A stretch of 64,000 nt of DNA from Candidatus Falkowbacteria bacterium RIFOXYA2_FULL_47_19. GTDB lineage: Bacteria > Patescibacteriota > Patescibacteriia > Patescibacteriales > UBA12075. Below are positions 45,670-55,286 of the stretch, one piece after another. The notes beneath the pieces are model-generated. The model ran no database searches. It had not been told where the DNA came from and worked only from the letters and a program-made list of their open reading frames with translations. A program made the position numbers and the translations under genes. How positions within the stretch are numbered: position 1 is the first letter of the stretch; every line of letters begins with the position of its first letter. Location: positions 27,205 through 91,204 of the forward strand of contig MFGB01000016.1 of assembly GCA_001780275.1 (NCBI GenBank). The letters run 5' to 3'.

Positions 45670-46023
45670 ATGACACCGGATGAAATAGTAAGAAGGGCCA
45701 GGGAAGAGAACGCCAGAAAAGAAAAAGAAGAAACGGCTAAAAAAGAGGTTTTTGACCGCATATTTGAAAAGTTTAAAGACGGTTGCTGGAAGGCCATTCA
45801 AGAAGATGTGACCGAGCCGGAAGAGATAGACCGGTTTGAAGAAGAGATGGAAAGACTTCAAAAAGAAGCCTGGGATGCGGTTAACGGCGAAATCAGCCAG
45901 GACGAACTGCAAGAGGTTGAAGAGGATTTGGACGATTTTTTAGATTTCTTTTTTGAGGAATTGGACAACAAGGAAGATCTTCAAAATGAAATATTGAAAA
46001 AAGTTAAAAATGTCTGTAAATAG
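45670..46023 (+). CDS. hypothetical acidic coiled-coil protein
   Basis: SD GAGGGAAA. 117 aa, very E/K/D-rich. Confidence 0.5.
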   Translation: MTPDEIVRRAREENARKEKEETAKKEVFDRIFEKFKDGCWKAIQEDVTEPEEIDRFEEEMERLQKEAWDAVNGEISQDELQEVEEDLDDFLDFFFEELDNKEDLQNEILKKVKNVCK

Positions 46024-46164
46024 AATAACGGCATTTCAGCATCTTAAAAAAACAACGGCCTTAAAAAGGACCGTTTTTTATTGCCAGAAGATTTAAAGGG
46101 GTGTAGAATTTATTTAGCTTTTGGGCGCGGGTAATCCGCGGTTTAAAATCCAAGCGCAAGCCAT

Positions 46165-47484
46165 ATGTCAAAAAAACTTCCGCCTCGGTTCGAGGTAAAA
46201 ATCGAAAAATTCTCCTTTGCCGGCGAAGGCGTCGGTCGCTACGGCGGCCGGGAGGTTTTTGTTTACGGGGGTTTGCCCGGGGAGACGGTTTCGGTGCGTC
46301 CGCTTAAAAAGCGGCGGAAAGGTATAACGGCCGGATTTTTAGAGGTAATAAAACCCGCGGCCGCGAGACGGCCGGCGGTCGAAGACCATTTTTTTTCCTG
46401 TTCTCCCTGGCAGATAATCCCGGAAGAGCTTCAGCTTAAGTATAAACAGGAATTGGCGGAAAGAATGTTCAGGGAATTGGCCGAAAAATCGCCGCAAAGT
46501 GATCCCGGCATCGTCGGAGGCGAACGGTTCTGGCATTACCGCAATAAGATGGAATTTAGTTTTACGGAAAATAAATCCGGCGAGCCATCTCTGGCCCTGC
46601 ATAAGCGCGGCAGCCGTTACGAATGCTGGCCGCTTAAGTCTTGCGCGATCGCGCACGAGCGCATTAACGAGAGTGCCGGAGAAATAATAAAAACGCTGGC
46701 GGCACGGAACATAAAAAGGGAACAACTTAAATATTTATTGATCAGATACAGTTATTTTGAAGATAAATGCCTGGCCGCGCTTTTTGTCGCGGATGAAAAT
46801 TTTCCGGTTTTGAGCGCCGTTGCGCCCGGTTTGACCGGCTGGCGGATAATTTATTCCGACCCGAGGACACCGGCGACAGTCACGACTAAAGTTTTACACG
46901 AAGAGGGGCGGGATTATCTTATCGAAGAAATATCCGGCTTGAAATTAAAATATTATTTTGACAGTTTTTTCCAGACCAACCCGCCGGCCTTTTCCGGTCC
47001 TCTGGATTACTTAAAAGACAATATCCGGCCGGGCGGAACCCTTATCGATCTTTACTCCGGCGTGGGAACGATCGGACTTTCTCTGGCCCGGAACTTCGAG
47101 CGGGTAATTAGCCTCGAATTTGATCTCCGGGCTTCTGAGGCGGCCCGTTTCAACCTCTCCATGAATAAGATCGCCAACGCAGAAGTTATCGGCGGCGCCG
47201 CGGAAAAGCAGGATTTACCCGTGATTTTATCGAAAGCCGATACTGTCATCGTTGATCCGCCCCGCACGGGACTTCACCCGAAAGTGACAAAGGCGATTCT
47301 CGCTAAAGCGCCTGAAAATTTTATATATATTTCCTGCAACCCCCTGACCCAGGCGCGTGACTTCGCCTTTCTTAAGAAAAAATACCGGGTCCGCCGCTGG
47401 CGGCTTTTCGATCTTTATCCGCAGACGCCGCATATGGAGAGCGTTCTGATCATGGAGCGGGAGCGATGGTGGAAGATATTTTAA
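46165..47484 (+). CDS. TRAM-domain RNA (uracil-5-)-methyltransferase (RumA/TrmA family)
   Basis: N-terminal TRAM-like fold. DLYSGVGTIG is the SAM motif. VIVDPPRTGL and ISCNP are catalytic motifs. Confidence 0.85.
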   Translation: MSKKLPPRFEVKIEKFSFAGEGVGRYGGREVFVYGGLPGETVSVRPLKKRRKGITAGFLEVIKPAAARRPAVEDHFFSCSPWQIIPEELQLKYKQELAERMFRELAEKSPQSDPGIVGGERFWHYRNKMEFSFTENKSGEPSLALHKRGSRYECWPLKSCAIAHERINESAGEIIKTLAARNIKREQLKYLLIRYSYFEDKCLAALFVADENFPVLSAVAPGLTGWRIIYSDPRTPATVTTKVLHEEGRDYLIEEISGLKLKYYFDSFFQTNPPAFSGPLDYLKDNIRPGGTLIDLYSGVGTIGLSLARNFERVISLEFDLRASEAARFNLSMNKIANAEVIGGAAEKQDLPVILSKADTVIVDPPRTGLHPKVTKAILAKAPENFIYISCNPLTQARDFAFLKKKYRVRRWRLFDLYPQTPHMESVLIMERERWWKIF

Positions 47485-47512
47485 CCGGAAAATTAAGCCA
47501 AGAGCAATAAAA

Positions 47513-47540
47513 AAGTCCCTCGGATATTCGGGACTTTATT
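47513..47540. terminator. terminator between convergent genes
   Basis: AAGTCCC-tcggatattc-GGGACTT followed by TATTTTTT. Confidence 0.7.
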
Positions 47541-47542
47541 TT

Positions 47543-48337
47543 TTATAAGGGCATCCGCCGGGCGATATCATTGAATATGACAAAGATCATCAAAGCAAGT
47601 AAAATACATATGCCGGCGATATGCGCCCTATGTCTGGTTTTAAGGCTTATCGGACCGCCCTTGACAGCTTCGATGCCGAAGAAAAGCAGATGACCGCCGT
47701 CTAAGACGGGGACGGGCAGGAGATTAATTATGGCCAGGCCGATACTTATCAAGGCTATTAAGAAGAAAAACGCAATCAACCCTTCTTCTGCGGCCCGCTT
47801 GCTCATTTTATAAATAGCAACCGGGCCTCCCAGGTGTTCTTTGACGGAAATTTTCCCTGCGGCCATTTTAACGATGTCGGTCGCTTGCTGTTCGACGATT
47901 TTTCCGGTAACGACTACGGCCATAAAAGCGGACTTAATCGGACCGATTTTTTGGTAGGATAATTCATTGTCGCCGTTTTTTACTGGAATGCCCTGAGCAA
48001 AGAGAATGCCAAAGATGATTATTGCGGCCAGGAGGAAATTAAACGCCGGTCCGGCCGCAACGATCAGGCTTTTTTTCCAGAGTGGTTTATTATCGAAAGA
48101 TAGGCGCGCGAATTCCGGCCTGACTTCACGCCCCGGTTCATCGCCGACCATTTTTACATACCCGCCCAGAGGGATCAGGGAGATCCGGTAGTCGGTCAAA
48201 CCGATCCTAGTACCCGTAAGGCGCGGCCCGAACCCCAAAGAAAAGATTTCTATACCCACGCCACAGAGGCGGGCGGCCAGGTAGTGGCCGAATTCATGGA
48301 TGAATATGAGAATGCCCAAAAGTATCCAAAACGCCAT
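47543..48337 (-). CDS. site-2 (M50) intramembrane metalloprotease, short form without an evident PDZ domain
   Basis: HEFGHYLAARLCG is the HExxH motif. NLLPVPVLDGGHLLF is also present. 264 aa. Confidence 0.85.
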   Translation of the reverse strand: MAFWILLGILIFIHEFGHYLAARLCGVGIEIFSLGFGPRLTGTRIGLTDYRISLIPLGGYVKMVGDEPGREVRPEFARLSFDNKPLWKKSLIVAAGPAFNFLLAAIIIFGILFAQGIPVKNGDNELSYQKIGPIKSAFMAVVVTGKIVEQQATDIVKMAAGKISVKEHLGGPVAIYKMSKRAAEEGLIAFFFLIALISIGLAIINLLPVPVLDGGHLLFFGIEAVKGGPISLKTRHRAHIAGICILLALMIFVIFNDIARRMPL

Positions 48338-48482
48338 TTTTACCCCCCTTTTTTTACCGGGTTTGCTTAAATTTAAAGGTGCGCAGCTTTATTATTTTCT
48401 TTATATTGGCACATTATTTAAAAGAGGTCAAGGATTTTTGGATAATTAAAAAGGACAAGCTTTTCGCTTGTCCTGTCTTATT

Positions 48483-49127
48483 TTATTTTATTTCCAAGGG
48501 GCCCATTTCGCCGCTTTTGAAAGCGTCTCTGGCTTTTCCGGAAATAACGATCCGTTTCATTTTTTCCAGAGCCTCGGGTCCGTAATAAACATCTTCGCCT
48601 ATCCTGGCTTCCAGGCGCCTCGTGGGAACGCCGATGATCTTCTCGATGATAAAACTGTCGATATACCCGTCCTGGCGCCAAAATTCGTAAACCTGTATCA
48701 TGGAAAGAATTTTCGTCTGGTAATTCTTGAACTCGGACCGTTTGGCGCGTACGTAATCCGCGATCTTATCGTAGATATCGAGGCCGGCCAGGTCGGGATA
48801 AGCTTCCTTGACCGCCGCGAAGAACGCGCCATTGGCGGAAAATCCGTCATCCCCGTAACGGCCGGTTACGGCGTCGCGGATGATCTGATCCATCTTAGCG
48901 CTCTTGAGATTCGCGAGGCCCAGTTGTTCGTAAAATCCGTTCACGAATTCCGACAGCAGATTCTGGTTGTCCAGGTATTGGGCGTTCAGTCCGGTCTCAT
49001 GATGGATCGAAGCGGTTCTCAAATCGTTCAGTTTCGCATATCCTCCCAGTCCTAAAAGAAAAAGACCGCCGACAATAACTCCCAAGACTATCAATACGAT
49101 CTTTACGCCGCCATTTTGGTTTTTCAT
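48483..49127 (-). CDS. hypothetical membrane-anchored protein
   Basis: GGGGAGGAAAG SD before the ATG. N-terminal TM helix IVLIVLGVIVGGLFLLGLGG. The overlapping plus-strand ORF 48468..49055 has no such signals. Confidence 0.6.
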   Translation of the reverse strand: MKNQNGGVKIVLIVLGVIVGGLFLLGLGGYAKLNDLRTASIHHETGLNAQYLDNQNLLSEFVNGFYEQLGLANLKSAKMDQIIRDAVTGRYGDDGFSANGAFFAAVKEAYPDLAGLDIYDKIADYVRAKRSEFKNYQTKILSMIQVYEFWRQDGYIDSFIIEKIIGVPTRRLEARIGEDVYYGPEALEKMKRIVISGKARDAFKSGEMGPLEIK

Positions 49128-49149
49128 GCTTTCCTCCCCGTGTTTTTAG

Positions 49150-50553
49150 TTATCGTTTTTTACGGAAATGTAATCCGGCGCCACCGTTGTCGCCGATTAC
49201 GATCGCGATTACCCAGCCAAGACCGCAAAAAAAGAAAGTAACGACATGGATGATTATTCTCTGTTTTTTTGTCGGCTGGACCTGGTCTACGAGATAAAGG
49301 AATCCCCGGCCATTGTCATCGGGATCTTTAGCCGACATACTGATCCGCTTAAAACGCGTTTCAGGGTCCTTAAGGCCGAAAATAATGTTCTCGAGCACTC
49401 CGTTACCGTAAAGATCTTCCGCCTTTCCTCCTTTCATTTTTCGTTTTACTTTTCCGATAATTTTTTCCGGATCGAGTTCGGTTCCGCGTAAACCATTATT
49501 CAGGGCCACAAGCATCATCTCGTTCCCGACGGGCATGCCGGTAAAAGACCTGGCCCAGATGATCTTTTCGCCATCCGTCAAAGAAACGGCGACGACTGAA
49601 TTCTTGCTTAAGGCGTTTATACCCTGCCGTTTCGTATCCTGCCAATAGGCTTTGAGCGCCAACGCGTACTTTTCTGGGTCGGAAGCGATCGAATCGTTCC
49701 GGACGATCACCAGGTGCATGTCGCCTTGAAGTTCCTTGCCGAAAGAAGCGTTCAGGTAGGACATCGCGTCGAACCAATCTTTGCGGTTCGGCGGATTTAA
49801 GCCGATGAAATAAACCTTATTCGCGTAATAGAAATCATAAATGTGCCTCTGGAATACCGGGAATAGTCCGCTTTTTTCGTAAACCTCGATATCGGCCGAG
49901 AAGCTTTGAAGTATTTTTTGTTCGCTCGCGTAAATATAATTATTATACTCCAATTTTTTCGTAACCGGTCCGGGTTCCCCAGCGGCGATCCGTTCTTTTA
50001 CTTTTGTCCAGAAAGGATGCTCTCCTGTTCCCGCGTTCGTAATCACGCGATCGGGGATCCTTTCGAAACGGCGCCATCTGTGCGCCTGGGGATTTTCCGG
50101 CAGTCTATGACGGTCTATCTCGTAAGTTCCGATCGTTGTCCTGGCGTAATAATTCATCTCTTTGGTAACGTAGGGACAATCATGGTATTCTGTTCTTTCG
50201 CAAGTTTCGCATTCTCCCTTGTCGTTACAATTACATTCGTAAGACACTGTATAAGGATCGCAGTCGTATTCCCATCGGCATGGTCCGTCGCGATAGCATT
50301 TGACGTCTTCCTTATGGGCCTCGGTTTCCCAACCCGACCAGAATTCGTTAAAGGTCACTAAATTTTTTTTGGCCATTTCCCAGCCCACATAAACCGAACC
50401 GGGCGCGGCCAATGAAGCTATTACGGCCATTACCAAGCCGTATTCTTTCCAGGTAATTTCTTTTTGTGTTTTTATGAATCGGTCAAAAATGAATTTTACG
50501 GCCAGTCCGGTAATAGCGGCTATTAATACCGAAATAAGGATGGTAAAATGCAT
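49150..50553 (-). CDS. hypothetical membrane protein with a Cys-rich extracytoplasmic knot
   Basis: TM helices at both termini. CYRDGPCRWEYDCDPYTVSYECNCNDKGECETCERTEYHDCPYV. I recognise no family. Confidence 0.6.
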   Translation of the reverse strand: MHFTILISVLIAAITGLAVKFIFDRFIKTQKEITWKEYGLVMAVIASLAAPGSVYVGWEMAKKNLVTFNEFWSGWETEAHKEDVKCYRDGPCRWEYDCDPYTVSYECNCNDKGECETCERTEYHDCPYVTKEMNYYARTTIGTYEIDRHRLPENPQAHRWRRFERIPDRVITNAGTGEHPFWTKVKERIAAGEPGPVTKKLEYNNYIYASEQKILQSFSADIEVYEKSGLFPVFQRHIYDFYYANKVYFIGLNPPNRKDWFDAMSYLNASFGKELQGDMHLVIVRNDSIASDPEKYALALKAYWQDTKRQGINALSKNSVVAVSLTDGEKIIWARSFTGMPVGNEMMLVALNNGLRGTELDPEKIIGKVKRKMKGGKAEDLYGNGVLENIIFGLKDPETRFKRISMSAKDPDDNGRGFLYLVDQVQPTKKQRIIIHVVTFFFCGLGWVIAIVIGDNGGAGLHFRKKR

Positions 50554-50728
50554 GACTGCCTCCCAGGTAAATTCGTTATGTGTTAAGGTGCGAAATTATA
50601 TAAAATTATCATGTTTGTCGAATTTTGTCAATATCCCGAGCATAGAGGGGGTTAATATTTTTTTACTTATTATTAGGGCAAACATCGAATAGTTTGCATA
50701 ATTATCCAATAAAGGTTAATATTTTATT

Positions 50729-51388
50729 ATGGATTCAAAAATCAACAAAAATTCATCAGTTATAATTCCTATTCCCCCAGCCAAAAGAATTTTCGATATT
50801 CTTATGTCTGTTTTTATTTTACTTGCCGCTCTGCCGTTATTTCTCCTGATCGCAGCCGCTGTTTTTATTGAGCACGTGTTGCGAGGACAGGCCCTGGCTC
50901 CGCTTTTTTATGCGGAGGAGAGGGTGTCCCAGGGAAAACCGTTCCGATTCGTGAAATTCAATATTTTCAAACCGGAGACGATCGCGGACATGAAAAAAAG
51001 AGGTGAATTTATCCGCACCAAAAGCCTCGAGCACGACGGACATAGCTTGACCCGGGTCGGTCGGATCGTGCAGCGCCTTTATCTGGACGAACTGCCCCAG
51101 CTTCTTAGCGTTCTTAAAGGCGACATGAGCCTGGTCGGACCGCGGCCGTTAAATCTTGCGGTTTACGAACGGCACGTAAAAACCGGCGGCCTTACCAAAA
51201 CCGCGCTTAGAGCCGGACTGACCGGACCCTATCAGGCACGCAAGGGCGAACCGGGGGCGAGCCAGGAGCGTCTGGATCAGGAGTACCTGGATATGTGCGC
51301 TTCTTTATCGGTTTGGCGGATAATTATCCACGACATAAAGATACTGTTTCGCACCCTGCTTATCTTGCTCAAGGCCAAGGGATATTAA
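50729..51388 (+). CDS. undecaprenyl-phosphate sugar phosphotransferase (bacterial sugar transferase family)
   Basis: TM helix plus the DELPQLLSVLKGDMSLVGPRP motif. Confidence 0.88.
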   Translation: MDSKINKNSSVIIPIPPAKRIFDILMSVFILLAALPLFLLIAAAVFIEHVLRGQALAPLFYAEERVSQGKPFRFVKFNIFKPETIADMKKRGEFIRTKSLEHDGHSLTRVGRIVQRLYLDELPQLLSVLKGDMSLVGPRPLNLAVYERHVKTGGLTKTALRAGLTGPYQARKGEPGASQERLDQEYLDMCASLSVWRIIIHDIKILFRTLLILLKAKGY

Positions 51389-51408
51389 GGCGCGGACGAA
51401 TTTTATTT

Positions 51409-51436
51409 TGAAAACCGGAAATTCCGGTTTTTTATA
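51409..51436 (+). terminator. intrinsic terminator
   Basis: AAACCGGAAATTCCGGTTT palindrome followed by TTTAT. Confidence 0.75.
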
Positions 51437-51639
51437 TTTAATTAACTTTAATTTAATTAAAATATAATCTTAATTCTATAAAATAATTTATTAAGGATTA
51501 AATTTCTTTAAAAGTAAAAGGTAGCAGGCATAGATAAGTTTATACCAAATAAGTCGTCGGATAGTGAAATTTTATATTACACAATACAATAAAGACGTGC
51601 CTGCTGCCTTTTACCTGGAATTACTGGGATAGCAAGATC

Positions 51640-52209
51640 ATGATGCTGAAAAAAACATTAAAATTCATCTCTGAAACCCTCAAGGTGGTCATTATCTCTT
51701 TGGTGGTGATCCTGCCGGTAAGATATTTCCTCTTCCAGCCGTTCTACGTCATGGGCGCCTCGATGGAGCCCAGTTTTTTTGATCGTGAATATCTGATAAT
51801 AGACGAAATATCCTATCGTTTCAACGCGCCGGAGAGGGGAGACGTCGTGATCTTCCGCTATCCTGAAAATCAGCGGGAATTTTTCATCAAACGCATAGTC
51901 GGCCTGCCTGAAGAAGGAGTGGAAATCAGAAATGGTTCTATTTATGTATATAATAGCGATCATCAGAATGGCTTTATGCTTCCGGAGCCGTATTTAGGTA
52001 CCGATATCAGCACTGCCGGCGATACGGACGGGATCATCCGCCTTAAAGCCGATGAGTATTATGTTCTGGGCGATAACCGGGACTTTTCGCTGGATTCACG
52101 GGAGTTCGGTCCGGTTAAGTCAGATCTGATTAAGGGGCGGGCGTTTTTCCGGGGGTGGCCATTAAAACGCGTTGACGTTTTGCGGACCCCTGATTACGGG
52201 ATTAATTGA
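51640..52209 (+). CDS. lepB: signal peptidase I
   Basis: GASMEPSF (catalytic Ser box), RGDVVIF, KRIVGLPEE (Lys box) and GDNRDFSLDSREFG. Confidence 0.93.
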   Translation: MMLKKTLKFISETLKVVIISLVVILPVRYFLFQPFYVMGASMEPSFFDREYLIIDEISYRFNAPERGDVVIFRYPENQREFFIKRIVGLPEEGVEIRNGSIYVYNSDHQNGFMLPEPYLGTDISTAGDTDGIIRLKADEYYVLGDNRDFSLDSREFGPVKSDLIKGRAFFRGWPLKRVDVLRTPDYGIN

Positions 52210-52219
52210 ACCGGGGCGC

Positions 52220-52753
52220 TTATTCCCGATTACCGGTAGCGGCGCGATAATCGTCTACTTTGGATTTTAAAATTTTAGTTCCCTGATAAATGATCACGCT
52301 TACGTGATTAGGCGATTTGCCGGTCAAAGCGCAGATTTCGTTTATGCTCATATGATTAAGATAGCGGTATGATATTATTTTCCGGTAATTACTTTCAAGT
52401 TTCGAAAGGAGCCTGCGGAAAATAGCTAGTTTGATCTTCAGGTCAATTTCATGTTCCTGGGTGGGACGGATCGTAATTTCTTTCTCGCCTACCTCCTCAA
52501 GCCAAAGCGGAAGTTTGTTTTTTTGGCGGTAATGATCTATTATCAGGTTGTTAGCGACCATGTAAAGGAAATTTTTATGATCTTTGACGTGATTACCCTC
52601 CAGAGCCATATAATTCCAGGTTTTCAGGAAGACATCTTGCGTAAGATCCTTGGCCAGATCGTAGTTACTTACCCGAAAATAGATATGCCTAAGAATGGCC
52701 GGAGCATGATCTTTGTAAACTTGCGAAAATTTTTCTTTGATGTTATTATCCAT
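52220..52753 (-). CDS. ECF-type RNA polymerase sigma factor (sigma-70 regions 2 and 4)
   Basis: 177 aa. Region-2-like DLTQDVFLKTW...NFLYMVANNLIIDHYR. Region-4 HTH MSINEICALTGKSPNHVSVIIYQG. Confidence 0.85.
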   Translation of the reverse strand: MDNNIKEKFSQVYKDHAPAILRHIYFRVSNYDLAKDLTQDVFLKTWNYMALEGNHVKDHKNFLYMVANNLIIDHYRQKNKLPLWLEEVGEKEITIRPTQEHEIDLKIKLAIFRRLLSKLESNYRKIISYRYLNHMSINEICALTGKSPNHVSVIIYQGTKILKSKVDDYRAATGNRE

Positions 52754-52815
52754 GGCGGCGGCTTTAGTTTATTAATCGGCCGGATAGCTATGCCCGGAGG
52801 TAATCGCACAAACCT

Positions 52816-53649
52816 ATGAGACCCACAACTTTTATAATTTTAATATTGGTTTTTATCGCCGGTTTTTCGGGCGGATTTTACGCTTTATCCGTGATCGCCG
52901 AAAAACCTGAGCCGTCGGTTTCCGGCGGAACGCCAAACCCGGATTATGCCGCAAGGAGCCAAGCGGTCGCCGAAACGGATATCGAAACAGCGGATCGGAC
53001 GGAATTTTTCCGGAATGATCGCGCGGAGGTGGTCGGCGAAGCGACGACGACAAGGAAGGAAGAGGAGGAGCTGTCGCTGGAGGTCCCTTTCGTGTCCCAG
53101 GCGCCTCTGGGTGATTGGAGCGACCCGCGCCAGCAAGACGGTTGCGAAGAAGCTTCCGCGTTTATGGCCGTTCTTTGGGCCCGTAACGAGGCCGCGCCCA
53201 CCCCACCCCAGGTGCTTAAAGAGATCATTGCCATATCCGAGCATGAAAATGAAAAGTACGGCAGTTTTCACGACACTTCGGCGAAAGATACGGGCGAGCG
53301 GATTCTTATTGATTATTTCGGCCATGAGCGGTTCAAGGTAAAATACGATTTTAACGTCGATGACATAAAAAACGAACTCGCTCTCGGCCACCCGGTTATC
53401 ATACCGGCCGATGGGCGTAAGTTGAGGAATCCGTTTTATACTCCTCCCGGACCGGAGCGGCATATGCTCATAATCAAAGGTTATGATCCGGCCAAAAAAG
53501 AGTTCATTACGAACGATCCCGGCACGAGACAGGGGGAAAATTACCGTTATGGGGAGGAATTATTATTCGAAGCCATCAGGGATTACCCCACCGGAAATCA
53601 CGAAGTTCAAAACGGAGCCGGTAAAGCTATGATCGTAATTTTCAAATAA
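52816..53649 (+). CDS. secreted/membrane-anchored C39-like (peptidase_C39_2-type) cysteine peptidase domain protein
   Basis: N-terminal TM segment. VPFVSQAPLGDWSDPRQQDGCEEAS holds the putative catalytic Cys, with a downstream GHPVIIP His. Confidence 0.65.
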   Translation: MRPTTFIILILVFIAGFSGGFYALSVIAEKPEPSVSGGTPNPDYAARSQAVAETDIETADRTEFFRNDRAEVVGEATTTRKEEEELSLEVPFVSQAPLGDWSDPRQQDGCEEASAFMAVLWARNEAAPTPPQVLKEIIAISEHENEKYGSFHDTSAKDTGERILIDYFGHERFKVKYDFNVDDIKNELALGHPVIIPADGRKLRNPFYTPPGPERHMLIIKGYDPAKKEFITNDPGTRQGENYRYGEELLFEAIRDYPTGNHEVQNGAGKAMIVIFK

Positions 53650-53780
53650 ACCAATATTTAGCGTTACTTAAAAATATTACCACGGCTTGATTAACTTATA
53701 GTGAAAAAGAAGTTAGACTAACGATTTTTTTAATATCAGAAAAAAATAAAAACAGCGACCAGCGGATTTCCGCTATGTCG

Positions 53781-54830
53781 TTACTTGACCGTATTGCCGC
53801 CATTCTCCAGGGCGGTTTTTAGTTTTTCGTTGGCTCGATTTGCCCGGATAAATTCCACCTCCGGAAAAACAGACGCTAACACGGGGATCGCTCCGTAATA
53901 GACGTCGTTTATTAATACAAATTTAACGCCTTCGTTTATCGGAAGACCGGGTCCGCCAAGAACGATAAAACTGCCGCCTTTATAAACGGTGCCGTCGCCG
54001 GTACCGATGCCGGTTTTAAAAGCGAGACCGCTTTGAGGATCGGCGGAAAGCGGGGCGAGTCGGGGTATGTCCGGAAACGGTTCCTTTATAACCGCGAGCA
54101 GAAGATCAAGGTCGGCGGTCGGATCGTCGGTAGCTATCCCGAAGCCTTCGAATTTCGAGCCCACGTTCCAGTCGACCGGGTTAAAATAGAAAGAGAAATT
54201 AGCCTGCGGATATCCGGCGCGGAGGGCGGCCTCGTTTTTTAAACCCTCGATTTTTTCCGGGGATATATAAATATTTTCCGTTGCTGCCGGCGGATTTTTT
54301 CCCGGAACCGGATTTTCGGTATTTTCTCCGACCGTTTCACGTTCCTCGCCAATCGGTTTTTTATCCGCATCGTTTTTTTCGGATATTATCGCGTCCGACG
54401 AAATTTTTTCTTGGCGACCGGCGTTTATGAGTCCCTCGACGGTATTGCCGGGAATTTCCGATTCCGGATAGTAAGGAGATTCGATTTTTATTTTTTTCAA
54501 TCGGTCGATATTATCTTCCAGCTGTTCCGCCCCGCGAGCCTTGTCCAATTCGTTTTCCGACTCTATTTTTAAACGTTCCGTTTTTGATCTCCGCCTTTCT
54601 ATTTCTCCGAGATCCTCCCGTACCCGGTTCATTTCCCGGACTGTTTTCAGGGCATCCTTTACTTCGCGCCTTAATCTTTCTATGCCGCTTTCGTTGTTTC
54701 GGTTTTGCCGGAGGTTGTTACCGAGAAGGAGTTCTAAATCCGTCCCGGCGGCCCTTCCGGTTCCCCCGGCGACCAATGCTGTCGCCAGGAACAGGGAGTA
54801 TAAGGATTTTTTTAAGTTAAGTATTCTCAT
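53781..54830 (-). CDS. hypothetical secreted protein (coiled-coil N-terminal half)
   Basis: Signal peptide LFLATALVAGGTGRAAG, an R/E/K-rich coiled-coil segment, and a globular C-terminal half. Confidence 0.6.
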   Translation of the reverse strand: MRILNLKKSLYSLFLATALVAGGTGRAAGTDLELLLGNNLRQNRNNESGIERLRREVKDALKTVREMNRVREDLGEIERRRSKTERLKIESENELDKARGAEQLEDNIDRLKKIKIESPYYPESEIPGNTVEGLINAGRQEKISSDAIISEKNDADKKPIGEERETVGENTENPVPGKNPPAATENIYISPEKIEGLKNEAALRAGYPQANFSFYFNPVDWNVGSKFEGFGIATDDPTADLDLLLAVIKEPFPDIPRLAPLSADPQSGLAFKTGIGTGDGTVYKGGSFIVLGGPGLPINEGVKFVLINDVYYGAIPVLASVFPEVEFIRANRANEKLKTALENGGNTVK

Positions 54831-54954
54831 CGCGTAGACTTAATGGAATTTTTAATATTGCCATAATTTACCATATTATAATTACGGACGAATTAAAGGT
54901 TAATTTAAAGTCTATTTTTTTTTAATCATAAATTTTATTTCCGGTCGGTCAAAG

Positions 54955-54963
54955 TTATCCACA
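54955..54963 (+). promoter_or_regulatory. perfect DnaA box TTATCCACA
   Basis: Exact consensus. It is embedded in AAAGTTATCCACAAGCCTTAAAAA, which shares both flanks with the 12592-12671 element. Confidence 0.45.
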
Positions 54964-55286
54964 AGCCTTAAAAATATATAAAAATTAAAAAATTCCGCGG
55001 CCCGCGCGCTCCGGATTTTTATTTTTTTGATCGGACCGGCGTTTAAATTTAAGATTAATAATTAATTAAAATATAATACACGGATAGCGCTAACTTAAAA
55101 TAATATTAAAACTTATATTATTCCGCTTCAAAATCCGCCAAAACGCGATATTAAATTCGGATTAAAAAATATTTGACAAGCCAAAACGCATAGTATATCA
55201 TACCCCCGCATCCGGATATCGGGCTACCCGCCCCGGAGCGCATTAAAGATCGATTGCTAATTCATTAAGAAATAAATAAAAGCCTT

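Noticed and set aside
48468-49055. The 195-aa plus-strand ORF opposite 48483-49127.
   Set aside because: The minus-strand ORF has a strong SD (GGGGAGGAAAG) and an N-terminal TM helix and fits the operon orientation. The plus-strand frame has neither feature.
54831-55286. The AT-rich 450-bp intergenic region with a perfect DnaA box, considered as a possible oriC.
   Set aside because: I could find only one consensus DnaA box. There is no dnaA/dnaN neighbourhood and no cluster of boxes or obvious DUE repeats. Divergent promoters are the more economical explanation.
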